Of a stretch of DNA of 64,000 bases, positions 29,564-39,476 are shown piece after piece; position 1 is the first letter of the stretch, and each line of letters opens with the position of its first letter. A program made the translations under genes and the position numbers. The DNA comes from an uncultured Chloroflexia bacterium (GTDB taxonomy: Bacteria; Chloroflexota; Limnocylindria; Limnocylindrales; CSP1-4), in assembly GCA_963813335.1 (NCBI GenBank), contig CAWEYL010000001.1:1024001-1088000 (forward strand). Direction: 5' to 3'. Below the pieces are notes generated by a model. It was not told the DNA's origin and searched no databases. It saw only the letters and a list, made by a program, of their open reading frames with translations.

Positions 29564-30223
29564 ATGAGTGACCGAGGGGGCCTCGCGTCGCACGACGCGG
29601 GGTCGGACGCCGCTCGACGCCGGGTGGCCGAGATCCTCGAGTCGGCGGCGCACGTCCAGCTCGACGTCGTCGTGATCGCGCCGCCGGACGAGGCGCGGAT
29701 CGCCGCGCGCGACCGCGCCCGGGCGGCCGCTGCCGCGGCGGGCCGTGGCGCCCTGCTGGACGAGGCCACCGCGGCCGCGCGGGACCAGATCACCCGGACC
29801 TACGCGGCCGGCGGCTACTCCGGGACGTGGGCCGCCACCGACATGGCGGTCTCCGTGGCGCGCGGCACGGATCGGGTGGCGGCGGCGGTCGCCCTCGAGG
29901 AGGCGGTCACGGCTGCCGTCGTGGAGGACGTCGCCGATCCCGGGACGGTCGAGGCGCTCAGCGCGTCGTGGGCAGGGCTGTCCGACCTCCGGGCGATGCC
30001 CACGCCGGGCTCGCTGTCGAACTTCGGCGGGTCCGTCGCGTCATTGCGCGGGATCCGCGGGGCGGTGGTCCTCGGCCTCGTCGTGCTGGCAATCGTGGCC
30101 TCCGTCGGGACCGGCGAGATGGTGATCGGGCTCGGGCTGCTGGCGGTCGCCCTGCTGATCGCCGGACGGGCGATCGCCGGCGCCCGCGACGCGGACGACG
30201 ACGGCCCGGCGCCGGACGGTTGA
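29564..30223 (+). CDS. Hypothetical protein with two C-terminal TM helices
   Basis: Ala-rich ORF directly after the aminotransferase; hydrophobic C-terminus. Confidence 0.65.
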   Translation: MSDRGGLASHDAGSDAARRRVAEILESAAHVQLDVVVIAPPDEARIAARDRARAAAAAAGRGALLDEATAAARDQITRTYAAGGYSGTWAATDMAVSVARGTDRVAAAVALEEAVTAAVVEDVADPGTVEALSASWAGLSDLRAMPTPGSLSNFGGSVASLRGIRGAVVLGLVVLAIVASVGTGEMVIGLGLLAVALLIAGRAIAGARDADDDGPAPDG

Positions 30224-30236
30224 GCGCGGCCCGGTC

Positions 30237-31076
30237 CTATGGCTGCGACAGTCGCTCGCGGATGGTCTCGTGCAGCAGGCCGTTCGATGCGAGGAACGTG
30301 CCGGTGTCGATGGCGCGTCGGCCGTCGAGGTCGGTCGCGAGGCCCCCGGCCTCCTCCACGATGACCGCCGGAGCCGCGGCGTCCCACGCCTTCAGGCCGA
30401 CCTCGACCATCGCCTCCGCCGCGCCCTCGGCGACGAGCGCATAGCCCCAGAAGTCACCGAAGCCGCGCTCGCGCCAGACCTCGTCGAGCAGCGCCTCGAG
30501 CCCGGGCGCCTGCCCCGACCGGGCGATGTCGCGCCCCGAGCCGTAGAGCATCTGGGCGTCGCCGAGCCGGGTGACCCGCGACACCGACGCGCGCCGCACG
30601 GCCCCGCCGTGGTCGCGCGCCCAGGCCCCGCCGGCGCGCCACGCCCACCAGCGCTCGTCGAGGGCGGGGGCGGACATGACGCCGACCTGCAGCTCGCCGT
30701 CGCGCTCCACGGCGAGGAGCGTCCCGAACAGGGGCACGCCGCGGATGAAGTTGTGGGTGCCGTCGATCGGGTCGATGTACCAGCGGACCGACGCGTCGCC
30801 GGCCTCGGTCCCGTACTCCTCGCCGACCAGCCCGTGGTCGGGGAAGGCGTCCAGGATCCGCTCGCGGATCCGCGTCTCGATCGCCGTGTCGGCCTGGGTC
30901 ACGAACGAGCGGTCCGGCTTGGTCTCGATGATCAGGTCGCGCCGGAAGTGGGCGCGGGCGATGCCGTCGGCCTCGTCACAGGCCGCCTGGGCGACCTCGA
31001 GCCAGCCGCGCAGCTCGGCGTCGCTGCCGCGCCGCAGCCCGGCCGACCAGTCGGCCCCGAACGGCGGGCCGCTCAC
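30237..31076 (-). CDS. hisN: Inositol monophosphatase family protein (histidinol-phosphatase HisN-like)
   Basis: GEE, WYIDPIDGTHNF, RGFGDFWGY, WDAAA; GTGA overlap with the upstream gene. Confidence 0.85.
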   Translation of the reverse strand: MSGPPFGADWSAGLRRGSDAELRGWLEVAQAACDEADGIARAHFRRDLIIETKPDRSFVTQADTAIETRIRERILDAFPDHGLVGEEYGTEAGDASVRWYIDPIDGTHNFIRGVPLFGTLLAVERDGELQVGVMSAPALDERWWAWRAGGAWARDHGGAVRRASVSRVTRLGDAQMLYGSGRDIARSGQAPGLEALLDEVWRERGFGDFWGYALVAEGAAEAMVEVGLKAWDAAAPAVIVEEAGGLATDLDGRRAIDTGTFLASNGLLHETIRERLSQP

Positions 31077-33508
31077 GCGCGGATCCGCTCGCCCGTCGGG
31101 TCCCACAGGGGCTCCTTCGCCACCTCGAACCCGATCCAGTCGCCGAAGACCTCGACCTCGCCGCGCGTCCCGACCCCGGCGTCGGGCGGCAGGTAGGCGT
31201 ACGCGATCGACCGTTCCACCGCGAAGCCGTAGCCGCCCGAGGTGACCCGCCCCACCACGTCGCCGCGGAGGCGGACCGGCTCGTTGCCCAGGCAGACGGC
31301 GAGCGGGTCGTCGAGCACCAGGCAGCGCAGCCGCTTGCGCGGGCCGGCAGCCCGCGCGGCGACGAGGGCGTCGCGCCCGAGGAACCCGGCGGGCTTGTCG
31401 AGGGCCACGGCGAACCCGAGACCCGCCTCGAACGGCGTCTCGTCGGGGGTGATGTCGCTCGACCAGACGCGGTAGCCCTTCTCGAGCCGGAGCGCGTCGA
31501 TGGCGCGGTAGCCGCCGGCGACCATCCCGTGCGGCAGCCCGGCCGCCCACAGCGTCGTCCACAGCGCCCGGCCGTACTCGGTGGGGGCGTAGAGCTCCCA
31601 GCCGAGCTCGCCGACATAGGTGACGCGCATCGCCAGCACCGGCACGGAGCCCACGCTGATCTCGCGCGCGGTGAGGTACGGGAACGCCTCGTTCGAGAGG
31701 TCGTCGGCCGTCAGCGGCGCGAGGATGTCGCGCGCCGCTGGACCCCACAGCCCGAGGCACGCCCGCGCCGCGGTGATGTCGCGGACGACGACCGAGCCGT
31801 CGGCGGGGAGGTGCTGCCGCAGCCAGCCCGCGTCGTGGTTGCCGACCGCCGTCCCGGTCACGAGCAGGAACGTCTCGGGCCCGATCCGGGTCACGGTCAG
31901 GTCGGCCTGGATGCCGCCCCGGGCGTCGAGCAGCTGTGTGTAGACGATCGCGCCGACCGGGCGGTCGACGACGTTCGCGCAGACGTGCTCGAGGAACGCG
32001 ACGGCGCCCGGCCCCGACACCTCGAGCTTGGCGAAGGACGACTCGTCGAAGAGCGCGGCCGTCCGGCGGGTCGCCAGCGCCTCGGCGCCGATCGCGGCCG
32101 ACCAGTGATGGCCCGCCCAGCCGCGCGGCCGGAGCGACTCGTCCCCCGCCGGGGCGTTCGCGTCGAACCAGTTCGGACGCTCCCAGCCGGACTTCTCACC
32201 GAACGACGCCCCGAGGTCCGCGAGGAGCTCGTACGTCGACGAGGTGCGCAGCGGGCGGCCTGACTGCCGCTCCTCGTTGGGGTAGTGGATGTCGTAGTAG
32301 GTCGCGTAGTTCTCGATCGAGCGGGCCAGCGTATAGCCCTGCGAGCGGTAGGCCGGCCCGAACCGGCGGATGTCCATCTTCCAGAGGTCCAGCTCCGGCT
32401 GGCCGTCGACGATCCAGGTCGCCATCTGGCGGCCGATGCCGCCGGCGCCCGCGATGCCGTGGGCGGAGAAGCCCGCCGCGACGAAGAACCCGCGGACCTC
32501 GGACTCGCCCAGGATGAACTCGTTGTCCGGGGTGAACGCCTCGGGGCCGTTGATGACCCGGCTGACGCCCGCATCGGCCATCGCCGGGACACGGCGGATG
32601 GCCCCTTCCATGATCGGCCCGAAGCGGTCCATGTCGGGCGCGAGGAGCTTGCCGTTGAAGTCGGCCGGGATGCCGTCGAGCGCCCACGGCGCCGGGTCGC
32701 GCTCGTAGCCGCCCATGCACAGGCCGCCGACCTCCTCGCGAAAGTAGACGAGGTTGTCGGGGTCGCGCAGCTGCGGCAGGCCGGGGTGGACGCCCGCGAT
32801 CGGCTCGGTGAACAGGTACTGGTGCGCCATCGGGATGATCGGGACGGTCACGCCGGCCATCCGGCCGATCTCGGCGGCGAACATCCCGCCCGCGTCGACG
32901 ACGACGTCCGCCCGGATCTCCTCGCGCTCACCGCGGTGCTCCACGGTCACCCCGGTCACGCGGCCGCCCTCGACCCCGATCGCGCGGACGCGCGTGTGCG
33001 GCCGGATCGACGCGCCCCGCGAGCGCGCGCCGGCCGCGAGCGCCTGCGCCAGCCCCGAGGGGTCGAGCCAGCCGTCCGTCGGCAGGTAGACGGCGCCGAG
33101 GACGCCGTCGGTCGACATCAGCGGGAAGAGGTCGCGCGCCTCGGCGGTGGTGATCAGCTCGAGCGGCAGCCCGAAGGTCCGCGCCCAGCCGGCCTGGCGG
33201 CGCAGCTCCTCGAACCGCTCGGGCGTGGACGCCAGCCGGAGCGACCCGACCTCGTGCCACGACGGATCGGTGCCGGTCTCGCCGGCCAGCCCGCGGTAGA
33301 GCTCCGCGCCGTACATCATCATCCGGGTGAGCGTCACGGAGCTGCGGAGCTGCCCGACGAGGCCGGCGGAGTGGAACGTCGAGCCGGACGTGAGCTCGGC
33401 CCGGTCGACCAGCACGACGTCGGTCCAGCCCAGCTGGGTCAGGTGGTAGGCGATGGACGTGCCGCCGACGCCGCCGCCGATGACGACCGCACGGGCATGT
33501 TCGACCAT
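31073..33508 (-). CDS. GcvT-family FAD-dependent oxidoreductase (dimethylglycine/sarcosine dehydrogenase-like)
   Basis: VIGGGVGG, GSTFHSAG, NGPEAFTPD, GWERP, YVGELGWE, LRLEKGY; AGGAGG RBS. Confidence 0.93.
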   Translation of the reverse strand: MVEHARAVVIGGGVGGTSIAYHLTQLGWTDVVLVDRAELTSGSTFHSAGLVGQLRSSVTLTRMMMYGAELYRGLAGETGTDPSWHEVGSLRLASTPERFEELRRQAGWARTFGLPLELITTAEARDLFPLMSTDGVLGAVYLPTDGWLDPSGLAQALAAGARSRGASIRPHTRVRAIGVEGGRVTGVTVEHRGEREEIRADVVVDAGGMFAAEIGRMAGVTVPIIPMAHQYLFTEPIAGVHPGLPQLRDPDNLVYFREEVGGLCMGGYERDPAPWALDGIPADFNGKLLAPDMDRFGPIMEGAIRRVPAMADAGVSRVINGPEAFTPDNEFILGESEVRGFFVAAGFSAHGIAGAGGIGRQMATWIVDGQPELDLWKMDIRRFGPAYRSQGYTLARSIENYATYYDIHYPNEERQSGRPLRTSSTYELLADLGASFGEKSGWERPNWFDANAPAGDESLRPRGWAGHHWSAAIGAEALATRRTAALFDESSFAKLEVSGPGAVAFLEHVCANVVDRPVGAIVYTQLLDARGGIQADLTVTRIGPETFLLVTGTAVGNHDAGWLRQHLPADGSVVVRDITAARACLGLWGPAARDILAPLTADDLSNEAFPYLTAREISVGSVPVLAMRVTYVGELGWELYAPTEYGRALWTTLWAAGLPHGMVAGGYRAIDALRLEKGYRVWSSDITPDETPFEAGLGFAVALDKPAGFLGRDALVAARAAGPRKRLRCLVLDDPLAVCLGNEPVRLRGDVVGRVTSGGYGFAVERSIAYAYLPPDAGVGTRGEVEVFGDWIGFEVAKEPLWDPTGERIRA

Positions 33509-33576
33509 CGCGTCGCGTCTCCTCCTCCGACCCCCGGACGACATACAGCGTACCGTCACGCTACCCTGACCGGCGC

Positions 33577-34689
33577 ATGGGTCCCGAACCGACGCCATCG
33601 GTCCAGCCACCGGTCCCGCCGACCCCCGACTCCTCGGGCGGAACGCTGCGCCAGGTCGGCAGCGGGGCCGTCATCTTCGTCGCGACACTGCTCCTGCTGC
33701 TCGGCGCGAGCACCCTCCTGACGACGGCGCCACGTGCCTCCGGTTCGGCCGCGGCCAGCCGATCGGCGGGCGCGTCGCAGCCGGCGTCCAGCGCGAGTCC
33801 GCGACCCACGCGATCGGCGACGGCGTCCGGCTCGCCCACCACGTCTGGCTCGCCCGGCTCCAGCGGCTCGCCGGTCCCGACCCCGGCGCCCAGCGGCGTC
33901 CAGGTGCTCGTCGGCGCCGGTGACATCGCCGACTGCTCGACCGAGGACGACGAGGCGACGGCGCGCCTGCTCGACCAGCTGCCCGGCACGGTCTTCACGG
34001 CCGGCGACAACGCCGCGCCGGACGGGAGCGCGGCGCAGTTCGCGGACTGCTACCAGCCCACCTGGGGTCGCCACCTCGCGCGGACCCGACCGGCGCCCGG
34101 CGAGCGCGACTGGGCCACCAGGGACCTCGCCGGCTACCTCGGCTACTTCGGCGCAGCGGCGGCGCCCGAGGGCGTCAGCTGGTACTCGTACGACCTGGGC
34201 TGGTGGCACATCGTCGTCCTCGATTCCGACTGCGCGAAGGTCGGCGGCTGCACCGCGGAGAGCGTCCAGGGGCGCTGGCTGGCGAAGGACCTGGCGGCAT
34301 CGAAGGCGACGTGCACGCTCGCCATCTGGCACCAGCCGCTGGCCAGCTCCGGGGACCTGGGCGGAGACTCCGCGGTCGCGCCGTTCTGGACGGCCCTTTA
34401 CCAGGCGCACGCCGAGGTCGTCGTCAACGCCCACGACCGCGACTACGAGCGCTTCGCGCCGCAGGATCCGGCTGGTCACGAGGACCGAGCGGGCGGGATC
34501 CGCCAGTTCGTCGTGGGGACCGGCGGAGCGCCGCTGGGCGGCTTCGGGCCAGCGGCATCGAACAGCGAGTTCCGCCTGGCCGGCGCCCACGGGGTCCTGC
34601 GCCTGGTCCTGCGCGAGAAGGACTACGCCTGGACCTTCATCCCCAGCGACGGGACGGCGACCGACGGCGGCCAGGCCGCCTGCCGCTGA
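33577..34689 (+). CDS. Membrane-anchored calcineurin-like metallophosphoesterase with degenerate metal ligands
   Basis: N-terminal TM and S/P linker; AGDIA, GDN, WYSYDLG.WH...LDS, YERFAP, FVVGTGG. Confidence 0.8.
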   Translation: MGPEPTPSVQPPVPPTPDSSGGTLRQVGSGAVIFVATLLLLLGASTLLTTAPRASGSAAASRSAGASQPASSASPRPTRSATASGSPTTSGSPGSSGSPVPTPAPSGVQVLVGAGDIADCSTEDDEATARLLDQLPGTVFTAGDNAAPDGSAAQFADCYQPTWGRHLARTRPAPGERDWATRDLAGYLGYFGAAAAPEGVSWYSYDLGWWHIVVLDSDCAKVGGCTAESVQGRWLAKDLAASKATCTLAIWHQPLASSGDLGGDSAVAPFWTALYQAHAEVVVNAHDRDYERFAPQDPAGHEDRAGGIRQFVVGTGGAPLGGFGPAASNSEFRLAGAHGVLRLVLREKDYAWTFIPSDGTATDGGQAACR

Positions 34690-34695
34690 GGCCGC

Positions 34696-35646
34696 TCAGG
34701 CGGCCGTCTCGCGCAGCGCGCGCTCGAATGCCGGGCTGCTGGCGTTCGCCAGCAGGCGGTCGAAATGCTCGTCGGCGTACGCGACGAAGTCGACGTCGAG
34801 GGTGCTGATCCCCTGCTGGAGCACGCCCCACATCGCCTCGCGGAAATCCGACACCACGCGCATCAGGGTCAGCCGGGCCAGGCGGGCCGGCCGGACCTCG
34901 CCGTCGTAGGCCGCCAGCAGCAGGGCGTCCTCGTCGGGCGTCAGCTCGTGGTTGATGCTGAAGTTGCCCAGGTCGAAGAACGGGTCGCCCATGCCTGCGT
35001 ACTCCCAGTCGACGATCCGGATCCGCGCCCCGTCGTCGATGAAGTTCGCGTTGAGCAGGTCGTTGTGGCACGGCCGGAGCTCGAGCGGCGCCTCGAGGCA
35101 GGCGAGGTCGATGCGCCGGCCGATGGCCGCCGCGAGGTCGTAGGCGTCCGGGATCGCGACGCCGCGAGCCAGCGCGAGCGCCCGGTACGCCTCGGCGATC
35201 CGGAGCGGGACGAAGAGGCCCGGGATCGCCGGGCCATCGTGGATGCGCCGGAGCGAATCCGCGACACGCCGGAGCGTCTCGGGTCGATGGACGGCCTCGT
35301 CGCTGACCGGCGAGCCCTCGATGAACCGGGTGACGAGGTAGCCCTCCGGCCGGATGAACGCGGTGACCTCCGGCCCGACTCCCACGCCCGCGGCCGCGAC
35401 CGTCGCGGCATGCTCCACCTCCCGGGAGATCCCCAGGAGGTGGGTGTCGTTGCCGGCAAGGCGGATGACCCAGCGCTGGGCCGTGCCGTCGCCGGTGACC
35501 AGGAAGTTGCGGTTGGTGATCCCCCCGGACAGGGGCGTCAGGTGCAGGTCGCGGCCGGACAGTTCCGGCACGCGGCCCATCGCCCGGACGAGGTCATCGC
35601 GCAGCTCGCCGCGGAGTTCCTCGTCCGGGGACGGTCCGTCGGTCAT
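34696..35646 (-). CDS. Choline/ethanolamine kinase family phosphotransferase
   Basis: LSGGITNRNF, CHNDLLNAN (Brenner motif), IVDWEYAGMGDPFFDL. Confidence 0.92.
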   Translation of the reverse strand: MTDGPSPDEELRGELRDDLVRAMGRVPELSGRDLHLTPLSGGITNRNFLVTGDGTAQRWVIRLAGNDTHLLGISREVEHAATVAAAGVGVGPEVTAFIRPEGYLVTRFIEGSPVSDEAVHRPETLRRVADSLRRIHDGPAIPGLFVPLRIAEAYRALALARGVAIPDAYDLAAAIGRRIDLACLEAPLELRPCHNDLLNANFIDDGARIRIVDWEYAGMGDPFFDLGNFSINHELTPDEDALLLAAYDGEVRPARLARLTLMRVVSDFREAMWGVLQQGISTLDVDFVAYADEHFDRLLANASSPAFERALRETAA

Positions 35647-35652
35647 GCGGCG

Positions 35653-37290
35653 CTAGCCGATGACCGCCTCGCCGGTGACCGTGTCGGCATCGACCTTCTC
35701 GGCGTTGATGCGTCCCCGCTCGGCGAGCAGGTAGTACAGGAACCCGACGATCAGCACGATGCCCATGATCAGCTCGAACACCGGGATGGGCGGCAGCGAC
35801 ACGTCGACGCCCAGCACCTTCGTCGAGGCCAGGATCGGGTTCGACAGGTCGCGCAGCCCGACGGCCGACCCGTCCGGCAGCGGATAGGACGCGGTGCCCA
35901 GCGCACCGAACGTGTCGGTCTGCCAGAGGGCGAAGTTGATGATCATCAGTCCGCCCCACACGAGCGCCAGGATGTTGAGGATCGTTCCCCAGCTGCCGAG
36001 CTTGAACCACGCTCCCTGGTGCGGCCAGCCCCGGCGGCGCGCCATGAGCACGCCGAGGTTGCACAGGAAGTAGCTGCTGTAGATCATGCCGGTCGCGGCG
36101 ATGGCCAGGACGCCGGGCGAGCTCGTCAGCAGGAATGGGATCGCCGCCAGGATGCCCACCGCGACCGCGGCATTTGCCGGGGTCTGGAAGCGATGGCTGA
36201 CGTTGCCCCACAGCCCGCCGAGCGGGAGCCGCTTGTCGCGGCCCATCGAGAACATCAGGCGCGTCGTCGCCCCCTGGATCGCGAGCGTGCAGACGTACAC
36301 GGCGGCCAGGATGACGAACAGGTAGACCTTGCCGAGGTCGCCCATGTTCGCGTTGATCGTGTCGCCGATCGGGTTGGCCCCGCCGACGCCCCAGGCGAAC
36401 TGCTGGGCGCTCAGGATCTGGGCCGGGACGTCCTTGAACGACAGGATGATCGCCAGCAGGAACAGCGCGCCGGTGGCGCCGGCGAGCCAGATCGCGGACA
36501 GGATGCCGCGCGGTGCCTGGCGACTGGCATCAAGGGTCTCCTCGCCGAACGTGCCCGCAGTATCGAACCCGTAGACGACGAAGAGGCTCATGAACATGCC
36601 GACGAGGAAGATCGACGGGAAGCCGCCGGTCGAGGTCACGTTCGGCGCCGTCTCGGTGAGGATCGAGACCGGCTGGTGGTTGAAGAACACCAGAAGGATC
36701 AGGGCGAACACGACGAGGCCCAGGATCTCGGCGCCGACGCCCAGGTTGTTGATGATCGACAGGGCGCGCACGCCGAACGCGTTGATGACGGTCGTCGTGA
36801 TCAACGTGATCAGGGCGAGGAAGACGCCCATGTTGAAGACCGAGATCGGCGAGTCGGAGGCCAGGTCGGTGCCGAAGATGCTCGACAGCACGAGCGGCAC
36901 CGTGATGGCCACGGCGGTCGTCGTCAGGACCCCGGCCCAGAAGTAGACCCACCCCGTGAACCAGCCCAGCGTCTTGTTCGACAGGCGCTTGGACCACTGG
37001 TAGATCGACCCCGCGACCGGGAAGTGGCTCGCCAACTCGGCGAAGTTGAGGGCCACGAAGGTCTGGCCGAGGATGACCAGCGGCCAGGACCAGAAGAAGG
37101 ACGGGCCGGAGACCGCCAGCCCGACGGCGATCAGGGTGAAGGTGCCGGTCGAAACGCTGATGTAGCTGAACGCTACGGCGAAGTTCGACATGAACCCGAG
37201 GCTGCGCTTGAGCTCGGGTTTGATCCCCAGCGACTGGAGATGCGCGTCGTCCTTTGCGGCGACGTCCTGGGCTGAAACGGGTCCCGCCAC
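35653..37290 (-). CDS. APC-family amino acid/amine permease
   Basis: NFAVAFSYIS, AELASHFPVAGSIY.W, GFD...GEE; about 12 TMs; GTG start 8 nt after GGAGG. Confidence 0.93.
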   Translation of the reverse strand: MAGPVSAQDVAAKDDAHLQSLGIKPELKRSLGFMSNFAVAFSYISVSTGTFTLIAVGLAVSGPSFFWSWPLVILGQTFVALNFAELASHFPVAGSIYQWSKRLSNKTLGWFTGWVYFWAGVLTTTAVAITVPLVLSSIFGTDLASDSPISVFNMGVFLALITLITTTVINAFGVRALSIINNLGVGAEILGLVVFALILLVFFNHQPVSILTETAPNVTSTGGFPSIFLVGMFMSLFVVYGFDTAGTFGEETLDASRQAPRGILSAIWLAGATGALFLLAIILSFKDVPAQILSAQQFAWGVGGANPIGDTINANMGDLGKVYLFVILAAVYVCTLAIQGATTRLMFSMGRDKRLPLGGLWGNVSHRFQTPANAAVAVGILAAIPFLLTSSPGVLAIAATGMIYSSYFLCNLGVLMARRRGWPHQGAWFKLGSWGTILNILALVWGGLMIINFALWQTDTFGALGTASYPLPDGSAVGLRDLSNPILASTKVLGVDVSLPPIPVFELIMGIVLIVGFLYYLLAERGRINAEKVDADTVTGEAVIG

Positions 37291-37530
37291 GAGCAATCCC
37301 TCCTACCGCCGCGCCGAACGGGCGCGAGACTGTCCTCTGGAGCGATATGGATGCGGAGACGCGAGACGCGCGGACTCGGTCGCGGAACGGGCGCCCTCCG
37401 CGCCCGAGTCGAAACCTGCGCGCGAGGATAGCACCGCCATCCGGGCCGTCAACGACGGTTTTCGTGGGTAGGACGGGCCTGGGCGGCCGTGATTCGAACG
37501 CGAATGCGCCGGGACCCGGGCGAGCGGCCG

Positions 37531-38937
37531 TCAGCCCGCGGCGACGACCTCGCGCAGGGCGTCAGGCAGCGGCCGGTGCAGCTCGACCGGGGTCACGTAT
37601 CGGCCGACCATGTCGTGCGAGCCGTTGACCCCGAGCTCGGTGAAGAGGAAGGCGATCTTGCGCCGCTGCGAAGCGAGGATCTCGTCCTTCGTGGGGAGCT
37701 CCCAGAGCTGCCGCTTGAACGGCCCGATCGCCTTCTTGCGGGTGGTGTACACGAACTGCTGGTCGGTCTGGCCGGGCTTGCGCTCGTCGATCGCGTCCGC
37801 GTAGCACCAGGCCTCGATCTCGCGGTGGAGCGACTCGGGGAATGCCGGATGCTCATACAGCGCGTTCTGGAACCCGGTCGCCAGGTGGATCTCGGCGGTC
37901 TCCACCGCCGGGAAGTGGTGGAACAGCTCGTCGGGCAGGGTCGAGGCGCCGTGCTGGACCGCGCCGGACAACCCGTAGGAGCGGGCGACCTCGCCGAGCT
38001 CGCGCAGGACCTCGAAGTCCAGCTTGACCTCGGCCACGCCGCCGCCCGGCAGCGGCACGCCGCCGTGCGAGGTGCCGGTCTGCACGCTCACCTTGCTGAT
38101 CCCGACGACGCCGGGAGCCCGGGCGTCGAGCTCGCGCCGGTAGCCGTCCAGGTACGCGCGCAGCTCCGCGACGGTCGAGTTCTGCGTCCCGACTTCGCCG
38201 ATCTCGCCGCCGACGCTGACCGTGACCCCATCGGCCTCGAGGGTCCGGATGAGCGCAGTGAGCTCGGCCGCACGGGTGTAGTTCTCGCGCTGCTCCTCGT
38301 CCGTGTTCGGCTTGGACAGGTCGACGAGCGTCGAGGAGTCGATGTCGATGTTGCGGTATCCGGCGTCGACCGCGAGGCGGCAGGCGCGCCGGATCTCCTC
38401 GGTCATCGCCTCGGGATCGGCCGCGTACTTCTTGGCGTTGAACTGATAGTGATCGCCCTGGATGAAGACCGGACCGCGCCAGCCGGCCGCGACCGCCCCG
38501 GCGAGCACCGCGGTGGCGTAGTCGATGGGGCGCTGGAACGTGTAGGTCTGCTCGCTTCGGGCCAGCTCGAGGATCACCGCGCCGACATCCGCGGCGTCCG
38601 CCGTCTCGTAGACCGTCCGGGCCATGTCGAAGGTCTGCGCCCGGAGGTTGATGGCCGGGACGGTGAACCCCGAGACCTCGCCGCGGGCCCTCGCCTCGTA
38701 CAGGCCCTGGATGCTCGCGGAGCGGGCGCCGAGCGCCTGGCTCGCCTCCCACACGAGCCACTGGGCCGCGGCGATGGTCGCATCGTCCGTGCTGAACGCG
38801 GCGGTCCAGGCGAGGTCGCGGATCGCGCTGTCGCGGAACGCCGCCTCATCGTCGACGACCAGGCGGTCGCCATCGAGATGGGCCGTGCCGCGCAGGGTGT
38901 CGAGCAGGTCAGCTGGCGAGGTCGCGACGTGAGGCAT
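37531..38937 (-). CDS. Class II fructose-bisphosphate aldolase-like protein
   Basis: VPAIN, QGDH, GEIGEVG, GTSHGG, VQHGASTL. Confidence 0.85.
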   Translation of the reverse strand: MPHVATSPADLLDTLRGTAHLDGDRLVVDDEAAFRDSAIRDLAWTAAFSTDDATIAAAQWLVWEASQALGARSASIQGLYEARARGEVSGFTVPAINLRAQTFDMARTVYETADAADVGAVILELARSEQTYTFQRPIDYATAVLAGAVAAGWRGPVFIQGDHYQFNAKKYAADPEAMTEEIRRACRLAVDAGYRNIDIDSSTLVDLSKPNTDEEQRENYTRAAELTALIRTLEADGVTVSVGGEIGEVGTQNSTVAELRAYLDGYRRELDARAPGVVGISKVSVQTGTSHGGVPLPGGGVAEVKLDFEVLRELGEVARSYGLSGAVQHGASTLPDELFHHFPAVETAEIHLATGFQNALYEHPAFPESLHREIEAWCYADAIDERKPGQTDQQFVYTTRKKAIGPFKRQLWELPTKDEILASQRRKIAFLFTELGVNGSHDMVGRYVTPVELHRPLPDALREVVAAG

Positions 38938-39064
38938 CGGAGGGGGACTCCTGGGTTCGGCGGTCAGATCCCCAATGGTACGGCGCCGGTCGCGGACATG
39001 GGTCGACCGCCAGGCCCGGGGGGGACGGGCCGGCGGTCGATGGGAGCGCGTGGAGGCGCGGAGG

Positions 39065-39367
39065 TCAGTGGTTGTAGCGCAGGTTGATCATGGTCGCCGC
39101 GGAGGCTGCCTGGACGCGGCCATCGGCGATGGGCTCGAGCGCCTGGCCGAGACCCTGGAGGCCGAACCAGGCGACCACGAGGAAGGCGACGACGACGACG
39201 GCAGGGATGACCACGGATGGGGCGATGACCGCCGCGATACCGACGACCACGGCGACGATCGCGAACACGTCCACCCTCGAGAGGGTCTCGACGGCCGGAG
39301 CGACCGAGTCGGCCGTACGGGTGCCGGCGAGATGCGACGGGCTGGATAGTGGCGCGGAGGCGAACAT
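39065..39367 (-). CDS. Small hypothetical membrane protein
   Basis: About 100 aa ORF with two hydrophobic helices. Confidence 0.5.
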   Translation of the reverse strand: MFASAPLSSPSHLAGTRTADSVAPAVETLSRVDVFAIVAVVVGIAAVIAPSVVIPAVVVVAFLVVAWFGLQGLGQALEPIADGRVQAASAATMINLRYNH

Positions 39368-39476
39368 GGGCGTGATCCCTGGATGCGGGTCGGTTGATGC
39401 CCTCATCCTCGGCCCAGGCCCGTGCCCGGCCCACTGACCGCGGTCGCGTCTTCGACCCGGCAGATGACGATGCCCG

